Source: Saccostrea echinata (Eukaryota). Taken from it: DNA of 64,000 nucleotides. The position numbers and the translations under genes are program-made. The notes beneath the pieces are model-generated. The model ran no database searches, had not been told where the DNA came from, and worked only from the letters and a program-made list of their open reading frames with translations. The stretch is taken from assembly GCF_033153115.1 (NCBI RefSeq), contig NW_026889757.1, positions 5,580,001 through 5,644,000 of the forward strand, in the 5' to 3' direction. Positions 1-14,083 of the stretch are shown here, one piece after another. How positions within the stretch are numbered: position 1 is the stretch's first letter; the number at the start of each line of letters is the position of its first letter.

Positions 1-2020
1 ACCTTTAAAATGTTTACATATACATTTTGTAAATATTGGTGTGCACCTTAAGCAATATAATATAATCCTCCTTTGTATACAATATTAACATTATATAGGT
101 TACAAAGTCTATGGCAACAAAAGGTCAAGGTCATAGGTCAAATACAACATGAAACTGACAACAGTGGATCACAACCTTTAGAAAAACCTCCCCATTGGAT
201 AAATCCCTCCTGATAAATTATAAAAGTGACATTTTCTGTTACAAAACCTTATTCTTGATTAAAAATGATAATTTAATCATATCATGATTTTGATATATGA
301 TTTTCTATAAAATACACGCAAAAAAGATATGCCAATATGCAATAGATATATATATATTTTAACACACGTTTGTAGAAAGCCTTTTTTTTTTAAAACTTGT
401 AGACTATATCAAAAATGTTGTGGGGGAAATGATACCCCATCACCAGAGAAAAAAATCTTGGTATAATTTATCCTGTTAAAGGCACACATTGTGGCATCCA
501 CTCCTAATGCCAGCTACACAATTACAACTTATCTCCAGTTTCAAAATAGCTTATGGGAATAAAATATGAACAAAATATTAAATGGTCATACCATACTCAG
601 AGGATTTTCAGCTAAAGCTACATATACAGAGCCACAGTGTGTGAATTTACCTCAAAAGAACAAGGGTGCATTTGATTGGCATTCAGCAGGAATCTGGGCA
701 TACTTGAAGTGAAATTTCATTGCTCTGTTATGTGAAATTTTAGCATTCTTTTGATGTATCTGGTTCCTGTGAAGTAGGAAAGGGAAATATTTTCCTGATA
801 TTGTGTTTAGATTCGCTAAAAAATAACTCGAAAATATGCTAGATGAGTCATTTTGGTACAAACTGTTACACTTTTAAACACATTTTTTTAAATATTTGCG
901 ATCTCTGGGTCATCTCTCCTTGATATTAAAACGTTGTTATTTATGTTAACTGTTACTGTTGTCGTACATGTAACTATTAAGACTTAAATATTACAATCTG
1001 ACAAGGTATATCATAGTAAATATATCATTTTCATAAGTGTGAAACTTTGTAAATGTATGTCCATCTGTAGTCAGCCAACCAAATCACGGATATTTAAACT
1101 ATAAATGTTTCATACACATGATTCCTGCAGATCACATGCCAAATACACCCATCTTCTATCAACAAAAGCCTGACTAACCTCCCATGCATATCTGAATGAA
1201 GTCAGAATAAATCTTCATATCTATTTGATTGTCTGTTCTGTCAGCAAGAATAATCAACAAAGATTCTTTTTCTTTTTTTTCTTCATTGGACATTATCATA
1301 ACAGATTTTAAATTTGAAAGACAGAAAGAGTATAGAAGGAGTTGAATTATCAATTCATAAGGTGTTTGTCTCATATGTAACATAAGGTTCTCCAAGAGTG
1401 ATAACTCTGGTATTAGATATTTCATCAATGAATTATAAATGTATGTTACAATGGAACTGAAAATTTCATTCTTAATTTCAATACAAACACTTAAACAAAG
1501 CTAAAACCAAAAGAATTAATGGTAGATGTATTTATCAGAGTTTAAAAAGAAATAATAATGTTATTTATTCTATTAATCAAATATTTTCAAATATTTCCAC
1601 ATACCGGTATATAAAGTTCTGCTTGCTGCTATACATTTATTACAAACATTTAAAAAATGGGGTAATTATTAATTCAAATAAACTTTGTAAACTCTAAATA
1701 CTATAATGTGAAATTATAAGAAAAAAATTACTGTTTGTACACCAATAGTGCATGATGTTCTTCACTAAAATTTTTTGGAAAAGGTTTGGTCTTATAAGCA
1801 GGAATTTTTTTTTCTCACAAATGTTGACCCTCACACAAACATGTAAACTAGACAGTACACATACCAGTTTATATGTCCCTTAGAAACAATGTGCATGATA
1901 CACAATAATATCACACTATAAGAACAGAAATTGACAACATCATACACACTGGATATATACAGGTAGATGATGGTTTTAGATGATGTCATATCCCCCAAAT
2001 GAACAGCTGATAGTCACAGA

Positions 2021-2098
2021 TCATAGAAGCTGACATTTATGATTTTTTGTTCTAATTGGTTGTGGTTGCAACACTGCTCTACATGCTTCATCGAACAC
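2021..2098 (-). CDS. Mtl: Mtl last coding exon with CaaX box
   Basis: [25 protein letters not shown]-stop; tttttgcag acceptor. Confidence 0.92.
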   Translation of the reverse strand: MFDEACRAVLQPQPIRTKNHKCQLL

Positions 2099-5000
2099 CT
2101 GCAAAAACAAATTTTATTACATGGTATCCAGTTTTTGTCCTTCCAGAATATTAAACATCATTAGAATGGAGGCGTTTCTCACTGCACTACTTTTTAATTT
2201 CAGAAAGGTCAAAAACAGTAAACCAACTATTATTTTGCAACAACTTTTATTATTGGATTGTCAGTTAAAATCCATCCAAGACTTTTAAATTTCGTGACTG
2301 AAAAAACATTCTTCATAAATACATCATCAAATAGAGCAGTAACAGTTATTCATGAGTAAAAGAAGGTTGCTTAACTCATCAAGGATATTTCTAGCACATG
2401 AATAAATGTTGATTTACAGTATCCATATGAAACTCTTTTATAACATTCCAGACAGTAAAATTCATCCTTATAGTTGATATCCTAAAGAAGTACCTGCTTT
2501 AGACCTCTTTGAGTGAGTGCAGAACATTCCATGTATTTTACAGCTCGGATTTTATTGGCTAACTTGATACCCTGTTCACGCTTCACTGGAGATAAACCTT
2601 GGGCAGCTAGCTGTCCTATCGCCTCTTTATTTTCTCGTAAATCTATTTTAGTTCCTGAGAAAGCAAAAATCCTTCATATCAGAATCCTTCATTGTCTTTA
2701 ATACCTGCTGCTCAATTCTGTTGTTATTTTTTTTTTTTGAAATGCAGATGCATAGGACTTTTTTATTCCCCTCTTCATGGGAACTTCTTTTCAAAATAAA
2801 TTTTAAACGTTCATGAAAAATTGTTCTAAATAGAAATTAGGGATGTCAACGAATATTCGAACATTCGAATATTCCTTCGATGCGTTAATATTCGAATATG
2901 AATTTAAGATTCGAATATTCGGTGTTTTTCAGATTTCACATAAAAGAGTGCGAAATTATCCCCGTTATTTTTTTTTTATAACTAGCGATCATTTTCGATC
3001 GCCTGATTTCTTTCATACTTTCTTATCTAATATATTTTCTAAATTATTTTGATTCGAGTAAGGTAAAAATAAACAAGATTTATTAAGGTTTAATACAAAA
3101 AGTACTTTCAATAGCTTAATATGATCGAATCTAGGAAATAAAACTCTTCTTAGCATGTCTAGGGCCGGTACACACGGCAGGCTTGCCTTGTAAGTCATGG
3201 AACTTAACTTCTAACCTTATCGAGTGTACACCCTTAATACACGTTTTTTCGAGCATTACAAGTCTGACTTATGAATAGAGCACTGATTTAGACTTAGCTG
3301 ACCTTTTCTTCTCAGCCAATGAAAACATTCACCCAAGTGTCAATCTATTTTTATCAAACCATACAGGTGGGTAATTGAAGTAAACAAAAAGTATTTTCAA
3401 AAAAGTTTATGAGTGTATCCACAAATACACTGTTTAATCTTTTCCTCTTTTAAGAAGTACGAATGCATTGGTTAGTAAAATTATTACAGCGCCCTAGTAA
3501 TATCGTCTTCTACTTTAATGAATGAATGCACTGTTAAAGACTGAAAAAACGTGGAATATATGGAAATGTTTATAATATTGTAAGTCTTGCCTTAGCGTGT
3601 GGACATGAAAGCCGTACAGCCTCCAAAAAACGTAAGGTTTTTGACTTATAAGGCAAGCCTTACCGTGTGTACCGGTCCTATGAGACATGAAGAGTAAACT
3701 TGTGAAAATAAATTTTATTAATCTATGATAGAATCAGTCTGTCATATCTTAAAGGGTTCAATTATGCATCAATTAATTGATTATCTCGGGTTGAATATAT
3801 TCCTAAATTTTAAAATCATTATCGGACGCTAATGACCTATGAAAATAGTCTATGGAAGTGTTTGTTTATATTTTCAAAACATTGTATCAAAGAGATAATA
3901 TCTCTTATTAGGCAGGTAATTATAATTAATTACATGTATTCAAATCTGAAGAGTTAGCGACAATCTTGCCCCTGGTTAGACGACTGGTTCGTCAGTCTGA
4001 GCTTGTATTAATATTCTTTGTTAAAATTATACTTTAAGTTGTATACGCTTAAATCGATTAATTATTTCAAACATTGACAAATCTCAAATGTAGAATACTT
4101 TTATTATATGTAGAATAAGTATACACCTTCAAAGTTCTATATCCAGCTTTACTTCCAAAAATCGACGCAAAACCTGTCATGAGAGTATGATGATGCACAT
4201 TTAAAATAAACCAGATTATATCTATTTTATCGAATATTCGAATATATTCGAATACTTTCATCGAATATTCGAATATGAATTATTGACAAAATTGACATCC
4301 CTAATAGAAATCCATATTCCTTTTAAGTATATGTAAATTTGTGATCAAAATTATCCACAGAATCCAAGAAAACTGAACTAGCAAAATGTTATGTCAGCTA
4401 GTGTTTTCCAAAATATATTTCATCCACTCCATTTAATACCACACAGTTTGAAATCGACTCATTCCCATAACATTTTCTGTTGTGTGCCTGTGTGACATTT
4501 GGCACTACTTACCTACTAAAAGTATAGGTGCCTCAGGGCAATGATGTTTAACTTCTGGATTCCATTTTGTTGTTACATTTTCATAAGATGAAGGACTGAC
4601 TACACTAAAACATATTAAGAAGACATCCGTCTGCAAATTAAAACAAAATTTCAATTAGGGTCTTGATCTGTAAATGCAAACAATGAATAGCAAGATATTA
4701 TATATGTAATGTCACAAAATATTAAACCAGGGTTCAAATATAAAATAACTTTTTAGCTGCAAAACACTGTCCACCCCCCCCCCCCCCCCCCTAAAAAATA
4801 TTAAACCTCATGTTTATGATAAAATAACTATTACATTTTGACAAAGGGTTCAGTTTTTCATAATAAAATACTGAATCAATACAGTTACAATGTATAACAA
4901 CAAAACCTGTGGATATGAAAGTGGTCGTAATCTGTCGTAATCTTCTTGACCAGCAGTATCCCATAATCCTAAGCTGACCGGAACTCCATCTACCATCATG

Positions 5001-6598
5001 TTGGCAGTGTAATTGTCAAATCTACAGAAAAAAGGAATTATTTTTAATATTAAAAAGAAACTTATGAGCATTATGCTCAATAAAAGTGGGTACATGTATA
5101 TATACAGAATCAACTTCTTGAATTCATGCTGATCAAGGCCCCAAGTTGAGGGTATATTTTTACTAAAATCTTTTGAATTCAAGATGAAGATATGTATAAA
5201 AGAGATACCTACTTTGTTTTATGTTCAAAACACTGTATGTACATGTATCATTTGAACAAAACAAAAATCTATTGGGTCAAATATGGTATATTAGTCAATT
5301 GCAAGTACAGGAAAATAGATTTTATTGTGTAACAGAAAATTAAGAAGTTGTGATCAAATCTTCAAAGCTGCCAACATTATAAAATTAAAAATCGTAAGGA
5401 GGGGGTCCAGAGTCCACTTAGGTCCCTGGCTGCTGAAGAATTTTGAATTCCATTTTGTTTACTTTAAATGACTGAGATCTCAAGTTAGCATATAATGGTC
5501 AATGACAATACAAGCAAGCGCTATAAGGACCACGACTTTTATTATAATATTGAAAACAGAAGGTGGACAGCTATGTAAATACCGATATTTCAAATTTTTG
5601 ATGGAGTAAAATGGAAATCTTAAGAATAAATGGAGAATAATAAGGCATATTTAGATGCTCTAAACCATAAGACGTCCACCAAAATTGTAAGGGTTGGCAG
5701 CTCTGAATCTGAATTTGTTTTGTGTAAAGTTTCAAGAAATAACATGCCTCATTACATCAAACTTTTTAGTTTAGTGAAATCCTCAGTGGCTCTATTTTTA
5801 TTTTGTTAATTTTTTGTAATCCAGATTTATTCATTGTGTGCTTGTTATGAAATGATGATGTAAGAAATACTAAAATACATTTCCCTTTTTCCTGATACTG
5901 CTCTCTGTTTTTGAAATTCTCAAACCATGACCTTTTTTTTTTGGTTTTCTCTAACAAAAGTATGAACCCTTACATCTGATGCCTTGTTCAAAATTCCTTT
6001 GAAAGGTCATTGAGTGCATGTGTGTTGTATATAAGTGTGCAATTTAACTCTGAGGTTGACAATTGAGAACTCTCAATTCTCAAACTTGATGGGGCCAAGA
6101 AAAAGAACTTTGAGGATTTGAAATATTAAGACTCTAATACAGATAAACAGAGTTGTTTGGACTTTCAACTCACTTTGATCGATATATCCATCAGATAAAG
6201 ATATCAAAGATCAATTGTACATTGTCAACTCTTCATAACTCTTGTTCCATAAGATTTTTGACACAAGACTTATCAAGTGTCTCTTGACAATTCAAAAAAT
6301 TAAGTGACAAGAGTTGAAGGCATATCAGTATTGGAAACAGGTTAGGAATCTCTGTCATGTAAGAATTCTCAACTGAATTTGTTTCAGCACAGTTGCTGGT
6401 ATATATTCCCAAGGAAACTGTATATTTTGTTAATGTTACATCATTGATACATACATCCCTATAATATTAAATGTTGACTTACACTGTGGGCACATATTCC
6501 CCTGGAAAGCTGTCAGTGGTATAGGAGATCAGCATACACGTCTTTCCAACAGTACCGTCCCCAACTACAACACACTTGATTGGCCGACCCTGAGCCAT
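2021..6598 (-). CDS. Mtl: Mtl/MIG-2-like (Rac-related) Rho-family small GTPase, 195 aa, 5 coding exons
   Basis: Exons 6598-6483, 5021-4907, 4630-4513, 2654-2494 and 2098-2021 all have GT-AG boundaries with consistent phases and total 588 nt. Translation: [43 protein letters not shown]...[24 protein letters not shown]...GTKIDLRE...[48 protein letters not shown], SYTTDxFP and [14 protein letters not shown] are characteristic of Mtl/MIG-2; CQLL is a CaaX box. Confidence 0.93.
2215..2421. mobile_element. Degenerate MITE in Mtl last intron, same family as 62897-63114
   Basis: Ends cagtaaaccaactattattt and aataaatgttgatttacagta resemble the TIR ctgtaaaccaacttttattcgcg. Confidence 0.5.
2494..2654 (-). 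CDS. Mtl: Mtl coding exon 4
   Basis: [54 protein letters not shown]. Confidence 0.93.
2838..4303. mobile_element. Non-autonomous hAT DNA transposon in Mtl intron
   Basis: TIRs TAGGGATGTCAA and TTGACATCCCTA; perfect 8-bp TSD ATAGAAAT (2830-2837, 4304-4311); subterminal GAATATTC/TTCGAA palindromic repeats at both ends. Confidence 0.9.
4513..4630 (-). CDS. Mtl: Mtl coding exon 3
   Basis: [39 protein letters not shown]; tttgcag acceptor, gtaagt donor. Confidence 0.93.
4907..5021 (-). CDS. Mtl: Mtl coding exon 2 (switch II)
   Basis: [38 protein letters not shown], flanked by AG and GT. Confidence 0.95.
6483..6598 (-). CDS. Mtl: Mtl coding exon 1 (P-loop, switch I)
   Basis: gccATGg start; [20 protein letters not shown]...EYVPT; donor GTAAGT at 6482; acceptor after a poly-T tract at 6631. 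Confidence 0.93.
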
Positions 6599-6895
6599 GG
6601 CACACTTCTTATCAAACGATGTAATTTACTCTATCAAAAAAAAAAAAAAAAGGTGTACATACATCTTAATAAAAAATTGTGTACAGATGCCTTACTTAAA
6701 AACAACAACAGCATACAATATATTGTTTCACTGCATATTATCAAAAATTTAAATACAGTTATAAATACTATTCATCACCCTATAACATAATAAAATTTGT
6801 ATACATTCACAATATGTTACCAAATGCAATACTGAAAATTAACATTTTTAAAATTAATGAGCATAAATTATATTTTTAAATAAATATGTGTATAT

Positions 6896-7066
6896 CAGGG
6901 TTGTCCCTAAGAATTGAAATAGAAAGGGGACATTTAAAAAGTAGTTGGGAATCTTGGGTTCATCCCCTAATGGGGAGTTTAGGAGGAATACCAAAATAAC
7001 TGTGGGATTGCATTATTATATAGACCGGGAAATTCCCTGGCCCCCGGGTCTTAAGGGTCAACCCTG
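6896..7066. mobile_element. Small MITE
   Basis: TIR-like CAGGGTTGTCCCTAAG and CTTAAGGGTCAACCCTG, with GTATAT on both flanks. Confidence 0.55.
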
Positions 7067-10000
7067 GTATATGCTGATATGTAAGAATTTCATTTACTAT
7101 ACATGTTTAACAACCAAAGGACCTGATCATTACCGGTAGAATCCATAATTTACATGTATACAGTGGTAAATTTCTGTCAGTCAAGAAACAAATTAACAGA
7201 TGCTTAGGTGAGATAACTTGTGTTTAGACAGATCTTACAGCACTTCTGGGCTAGTCAAACAAATATCAATACTGGATATCTCACTCCAAGTACAGGGTAG
7301 CAATAAAACTATCTATAAATGTATATATATGCAACAAGTATATAAATATTAAACAACTTTCAAGTATATATTTTGCTAGTGAACCGACATATACAATATA
7401 GAAATAATAGATTTTTTAAGAACGTATTTAAAATATAGCTTGAAAATATGGAGTTTTAGTGTTTGTATTTCAAAAATCAAAAAGTTCCTTATTTTTGACA
7501 AAATAAGTTACAGTAATCAAATTTTGTACAACCCTGTAGCAGGCAAGTGTAACATGACCTGGGCAGTAAATATATGTGTGCGGCTTTTATCTTTGAGGTA
7601 CAGAGATAAGATGGTAGTTTACCATTTCCTCTGCAACCTACATGATGTCTGCTTGTCTAAATAGGAAATAAAACCCACTGATGATATTACAGTCCGTCTA
7701 TGAAAACATTTGTGCATGTTTCATCCAAACACTGACTGCATGCAATGCATGTATCTGTAAATCAGCATTTTAGTATAAATAGAAAACTTCAAATTTGAAA
7801 TAGATTTTTTTTTAGCTTCTATGTTAAGCTAGACCTCAAATGATTTCAGGACAAAACCTCTGGTTAACAACAATCTTCAGACACCTATTTCTCTTGAACT
7901 GATTTTTCAGCATCAACATTTTTTGCGTCTTAATTGTCTGTGACTTATAATTTATCCACAGTGACCATGCAGATGAGGATATTTTGGAAAAACCTCTGTT
8001 TTAAAACTTTTAATCCACTTTTTGATATATATATATTGATACAGTATATATATTTCTTATTTTCCAGTACGTTACACACATCTTAAATCAGACATCACTT
8101 TTCCAGGTAACCTTCATATTAGAATGTGACATCAGTGATTTAAATTTCTGGGCACAAAAAAACTGTTCATGGCATGGTAAAAAGTCTACATTTTTACAGT
8201 CACAAAGTAATGGCTATATTTTTTTTTCTTGATGACCTTGTCTAGTTTTCACAGTCACTGTAGTTCATAAACATTATAAACAGCCTCTGTATCAGAAAAG
8301 ATATTTCTACAGTTGTATTATACTTAATGACAAAAGTAGTTCATACAATAAAAATCTTTTATCTCCATAATGCACATGCATGTAAGAACTGTCTTTAATT
8401 CATTTTCACAGATGTCTTCCTCTCATTTTCTTTACTCTAAAAAATGAGTCTTAGACAAACATGCATTACCATAATTAAATCTTCTGACTTGGAGGTAATT
8501 AGATATGCATAATACAAGTACACAGTACACATAGTTACTAAAATAAATTAACAGTAAATTGGATAGAATGTTATACACAATAAAAGTCAACACATATCAT
8601 AAACAATACCTTTAATATTGATGCTTAACATTTTGCTATAAGCTTTAAAATATTAACTCAGAGCACCTATTTCTGTGACTATATTCAACATGGTCTACTT
8701 ATGATGGGGGGATTGAAATGAAAAGAGATATACATGCAAAGTATAACACTGGGGGGTGTCAGCAGGATTCTTGATCATTCTCACCATAACTCTGCCTTGT
8801 GAAATGAGTTCATTCAAGAATAAGATCTTGAATCATTCTATCGCAGTATCAGGGGTGTGCAATTACCATCACCCTACGCGCCGCAGGGTTACTGATTTTA
8901 AACGCCGGAGCGAACAAAAAAATCTATGCTGCATTAGTCCATTGGGCTAGTTAATGTAAAACAAAAGTACTTAAGTAGCCATATAATTCAAACTTGGAGG
9001 TAATTTAACTTTGTTGCCAAGATCCATTTTAAATGTATATACATTGTGTACTGCTAGCAACAGTCAGTTCAGAGACAAACAACGTGTAGGTGGTTACACT
9101 AATAAGGTTAGTGAAGCTCCAGAAACTGCCAAATAAATTGATTAATAATAAATTATATAAAACTGACCATTCTTTGCATATTCAATTTACTGTAAAAATA
9201 TGTATTTCTGTGGGGTCAAATTTTCAAGGTTTGATGAAAAAATATTGTTTTATGGGGATTTGATTTCATGGTTGGAGAAGTGTAGAGTAGTTATGTGTAT
9301 GAAAGTCTAGAGAATTCGGAAACCATGCCAAACTTGTTCTCTCTAGATTTTCTGTGTAATTCAATGGACGCCTCTACATTTTACTTAATCAGAAGCTTTC
9401 AGTTTCAGTACTAGGTATATGACGTTCTGGTTTACAAAGTGTTTTATACGTCAAGTTCAAATCGGCAGACTATTAAAGGGCATTATTCAATCATTTCTGA
9501 AGCTAGGTCTCACCCGACACCGATAGGAAATGTGTAGATATTGATTAATCAATTGATTAAAATAAGGTGTGAACCAAGGCACCTCCCTAAATCCGAGATG
9601 GCAACTGTCATACCTTCACTCTTTTTATATGATATTTTTTAAATGTGCTTATTTCAGCGATTTTTGATTTTTATTTTAATGAGCGTATTCAGACACACCT
9701 AGAAAAACACATAATACACAAAATGTACCCAGCGTTTTTTTTTCCTTCTTTAACTGGTACAGATAAATGGTACCATTTCCAATGCCAAAAAACATTAATT
9801 TTTCCCAATTTCGAGACTAAAAATTCCCAATTCAACTGCCAAGCAACAGACTACGATGACATTGTAATTCTTTTTATATGAAACACTGTACAAGTTGATT
9901 ATAAATCAAAAGTAGAGATTAGTCGTAATATGGCGGGACATGTGGTGTAGACAGCGTAGTGTCATATATTTTGACAAATTGAAAGCATGAAAATGTGAAA

Positions 10001-10938
10001 ACAGGGGATACTGATATGAAAAAAAATAAATATTTGTTGTTTATTCTTTAAAACACGGAGTAATAGGTAATGAGGTTGGAATAAACACAAAATATGTTTC
10101 ATTTGTTCAAATGAGAGAAAATTCTCCTTTGTTCTACTTTGATGCTATTTTTCCCAATTGAACCAGTACCGGACCCTTTCCCAATGGTTAGAAAAAAATC
10201 GCTGGCAACATCCTGAATCCAAGTGCCAATGTTCAGTGTCATAATCAGTAAACAAGAAGATGATGAGTAAAGAAGAATTGCACAGACAAGAAAATCATTT
10301 ATAACTGTTATTTATTTCGGTAGTTTTGTCCTCAACAAAACAAAACACTTATTAGGTTTGTGACTGACTGTCCACACTGAAATATGGCAAGTTGTTCAAG
10401 GACTTGAACAACCCGCCATATTTCTGTAGACAGAACTTAGTCACAAACCTTGTAAGTAATAATGTAGAAGTCCATTGTAATGACAAGCTAAGATGTTCAA
10501 AATAATTATTGGCTAAAATAAAAGACTTGAATTGTGAAGAAAACACAAATAAGGCTTTGAAAAAAAGAGAAAATAAGCATAATTTTCATCACAATCACCT
10601 CTTATATTATAACGCACACCTAATAGATATGTAAATCAATACTTCGTCGGAGGAAATTCGAAACAATTTCATTCATGCAAATTTTTATTTTACTCCGAGA
10701 TCGACTGTCACAGTAGAACTGCAATAACCAGGATTTCACATTAATCTTTAAGTATACATTCTATACTACACTTTTTATTTGGTTCTGTTCTAATATGGCG
10801 AATCTAAATATACACGAACGTGATGAGGTATGATTCAGCGACAGATTTTCATCATGGCCTCACCCGCCGTCCCTTCACACAAAGAAATCGGCAATAAAAC
10901 CCTTGCATTACTTATCAGTAAACAATTGAAATACTTAC

Positions 10939-11100
10939 GTATATATTCTCTTTCTTGTTATGTACCAGAAGATCATATAATCATTATTATCAAGTCTTTC
11001 TTAGCGTTAAATTTTAGAAGAATCGCAACAGAAATTGTTCAGACAGTTGCCATTTTTATGCATCGCAGAGATATGCTATTAATAACTGACCAATGAAAAT
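10939..11100 (-). promoter_or_regulatory. Putative non-coding first exon and promoter of Mtl
   Basis: Minus-strand GTAAGT donor at 10938, YY1-like AAAATGGC at 11056-11049 and a CCAAT motif near 11090. Coding exon 1 has an upstream acceptor, so a 5' exon is required. Confidence 0.45.
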
Positions 11101-13296
11101 GCCCAGTACAAAGATAGATTCGCGACTCCTTCCAAAAATATTCTGGATTTACACTGAAACATATTTCCATTATTTTTTTTTCATTTTTTACGCAAGATTA
11201 TTATTTAACCCTATTATTTACATTTAAAAATAATCATTTTTTCCACATGAAGAGCATAATTCTTTCCTTTTTTTTTGGGGGGGGGGGTTAATATAGATAC
11301 TTCTGATTAAAAAAAAATCTGTTATTTTTTTATTCCGGGGAGGGGGGGGTTAAAGAAAGTAAGGAAGGGAGTAGACCCCGTCCTTTATCATAGTAAAAAT
11401 ATGAATTACAGCATGATCAAACAATTTTCAGATGCGACCTCATTTACTGATGATAGGTGCATGACTTATAATTAATGAACCCCGGATTAAATCTGACAAC
11501 AATGTATCAACACTTGTTAAAAAAAAGAAATAAAAATAGAAAGATGTCGTACTCTTACCCCCCCCCCCCCAATTTTCTTTAATTACAGAAGGACGAGGAA
11601 TGTTAACGTTTTCTTCTCCTTTAACAGATATTTAATGTGTGTGTGTGTGTTTGCCTTTTTTATTTTATTTTATTTTATTATTTGGGGGGGGGGGGGAGGG
11701 TCACTTACAAGAAAACCATTTGCTTGATGGGATGTCCTGTAACCAAGAAACTGAAGGTATGCCTGTCCTTAAAGTCATTGTCTGGTGACGGTGGTGTTAG
11801 AGAGAGAGAAAGAGAGAGAGAGAGAAATTGTTTATAAAACAAGGAGTCTATTTTCTTTTCCTTTACATATCATTCCCTAGAGGGGGGGGGGGAAGCTTGG
11901 CATTATGGGGTCCATTTTTCTTAATGAAAGTGAGTTTAGTAACCCAAAGTTATCATGTAGGTATTTTTATCATGCATGTACATGTATATTTATCTAAATA
12001 AAATGAACATTTTCGGGGCTCTGAAACACGTTATCCCCATGTATATCCATTCTCATCACAGGTAGATCTGCTCAAAAATATAAGTTTTCTTGAACCTACG
12101 CAATCTTACCGGCATCTTTCGGAGGAAATTTTGTAAATAAAATTGTTTTCTAAGATCATAGTTCGTGTCAACATCTTTGTGAAAAGTATACAATTTACAT
12201 CCTAAGCATCTAAGCTGCAGACAACTCATCTAGTAATATAAGTAAAGCTTGTAGTAATTTTGTTTCAATGCATTTTTTTTAATGAAATTTTTTTCACGGA
12301 ACCTCCATGCAGAAGCCCCCCCCCCCCATGTGCACTGGGAATAAAATGACCGTTCCCTAACATATTACTTGTAAATACATATATGTATAATCGTAAATAC
12401 GTTCAAATATCGCAGAAGATACTATGTATTCCTTGTATTTAAATACGTCATACCTACATACCTGACAAGGCTGTAATCGTAATCAAAGAAGACAAGGAAA
12501 CTATAAATTGAAACTCTCTCCTTTTACTTTTCTCAGATATATCCAACTACATAAGTATCAAAAACATGTTTTTTTTCCCGGGTACCTATTTTTTTTATTA
12601 TATCCAACTTACTAGAAAAAAAAAATGCATACAGGTATTGGTGCTTTTTAATCACTTTTCTTTTTTTCCCATAGGCCTATAGATATGCTTGTAATGACTA
12701 TCACAATGATGAATTTTGAGGAAAAATGCATGCATAGATACATATTACTTTGTGATATTTTTCTAAGAATTTTACATGATGGCTTATTTTTAGAACCCAA
12801 GGGACAAACAATCTAACATTGTATAAATATAAGTAATAAATTAAACATCAATAAGTCACTTTTTATAACTTTCTTTAAACATTCCAAAATTACCACAAAC
12901 TCTGGAACCATCTTGTACACGTAGGAGGGAGTCATAACCTCACACTGCTTTTTTCAATTGCCCTATACATTTATCATGTTGTAAATTTTGAATATACCTC
13001 CCCCTAGTAAATTCAAAATTTACAACATGATACATTTAGTTCTGGGGAAGGTGAAAGTCCTGATAGAGGCCAAAGAATCTTGTATGGGGAAAAATGATGC
13101 TGTCCTCTTGTTGATGAGAATTTAATGTAATTTGTTGATTTGTAAAAAGAAATAGGATAATATATATTGATACATGTATATATATGTAAAGAATTTATTA
13201 ACTAGTTCTGTATATTTATTTTAGATTACATGTATCTCCTTTTATTTATACCCTACATAAAAATGCATGGGGAAAATAGAGTGACCGTTCTTTCTT

Positions 13297-13425
13297 CCAA
13301 TCACGTGACGTCACCTAGAAAGACTACTGTGACGTCGCTAAGGAATAATGCTATGACGTCACAATTGCTCACTCTTATCAGCGGATAAAAGTGGTGATTA
13401 TTTCTGTTACAAAAAATCCCGTACG
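13297..13425 (+). promoter_or_regulatory. CCAAT/E-box/triple CRE promoter and putative non-coding first exon
   Basis: CCAAT 13297, CACGTG 13302, TGACGTCA 13306, TGACGTCG 13330, TGACGTCA 13354; strong donor CG|GTGAGT at 13426. Confidence 0.5.
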
Positions 13426-14083
13426 GTGAGTATTTCTATTAGAAAATCCCGTATGCTAGTATTAGATTTATGAAATAACTTTTATTACATTTAAAGAATG
13501 TAGTGAAATTTAACGGACCTGCTGATTTACAGAGGGATTATACCAAAATAAAAAAAGACGAACGTGTGACTTGTGATGTAAGAGTTCTGTGGCACTCTTT
13601 TTTAAATAGTAGTGTCCGTCCACCAGTAAAAAAGGAGGGGGGGGGGGGAGGTCGACAATACTACTCTTCTTCCAGTTATTCAGATATTATGTGCAGCTTT
13701 TTTCTTTTTATTTAAATTTTCAGAACACACGGTAATACCGGGTAGAATTCTTTCTTCTTCAGCTACTAAGGGGTAATTTTCCTCACTTTTCAAATGTAAT
13801 GTTCATGTGATTTCGGATGGTCGTTCTTAATCTCGATTTTATAAAGAACAGTTGAGTAAACCATCACAAAAATTCCTTTTTGTTCTGTAAATATAATATC
13901 CCTTTTTAAGCTCACTTGTTGAAGTGAGATGAAATCATGAAAGTATGTTGTCTTGCTTCAGAGGCTCTGCCTGACTAGGTTATTTTTTCCCGACGAATAG
14001 TCACATTATTTTTGTTTTAATAATGCGGCTATTTTTTTTTTTTATTTAATAACTTTCCCCCCAGTGATCACTTTCGAACATGC

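Noticed and set aside
7676-7720. Hammerhead-like CTGATGA...GAAA
   Set aside because: Could not form the required stems.
13724-13978. Additional tiny upstream exons of the hidden gene (13724-13772, 13962-13978)
   Set aside because: Splice sites are plausible but no unique consistent frame emerges; they may be UTR or chance.
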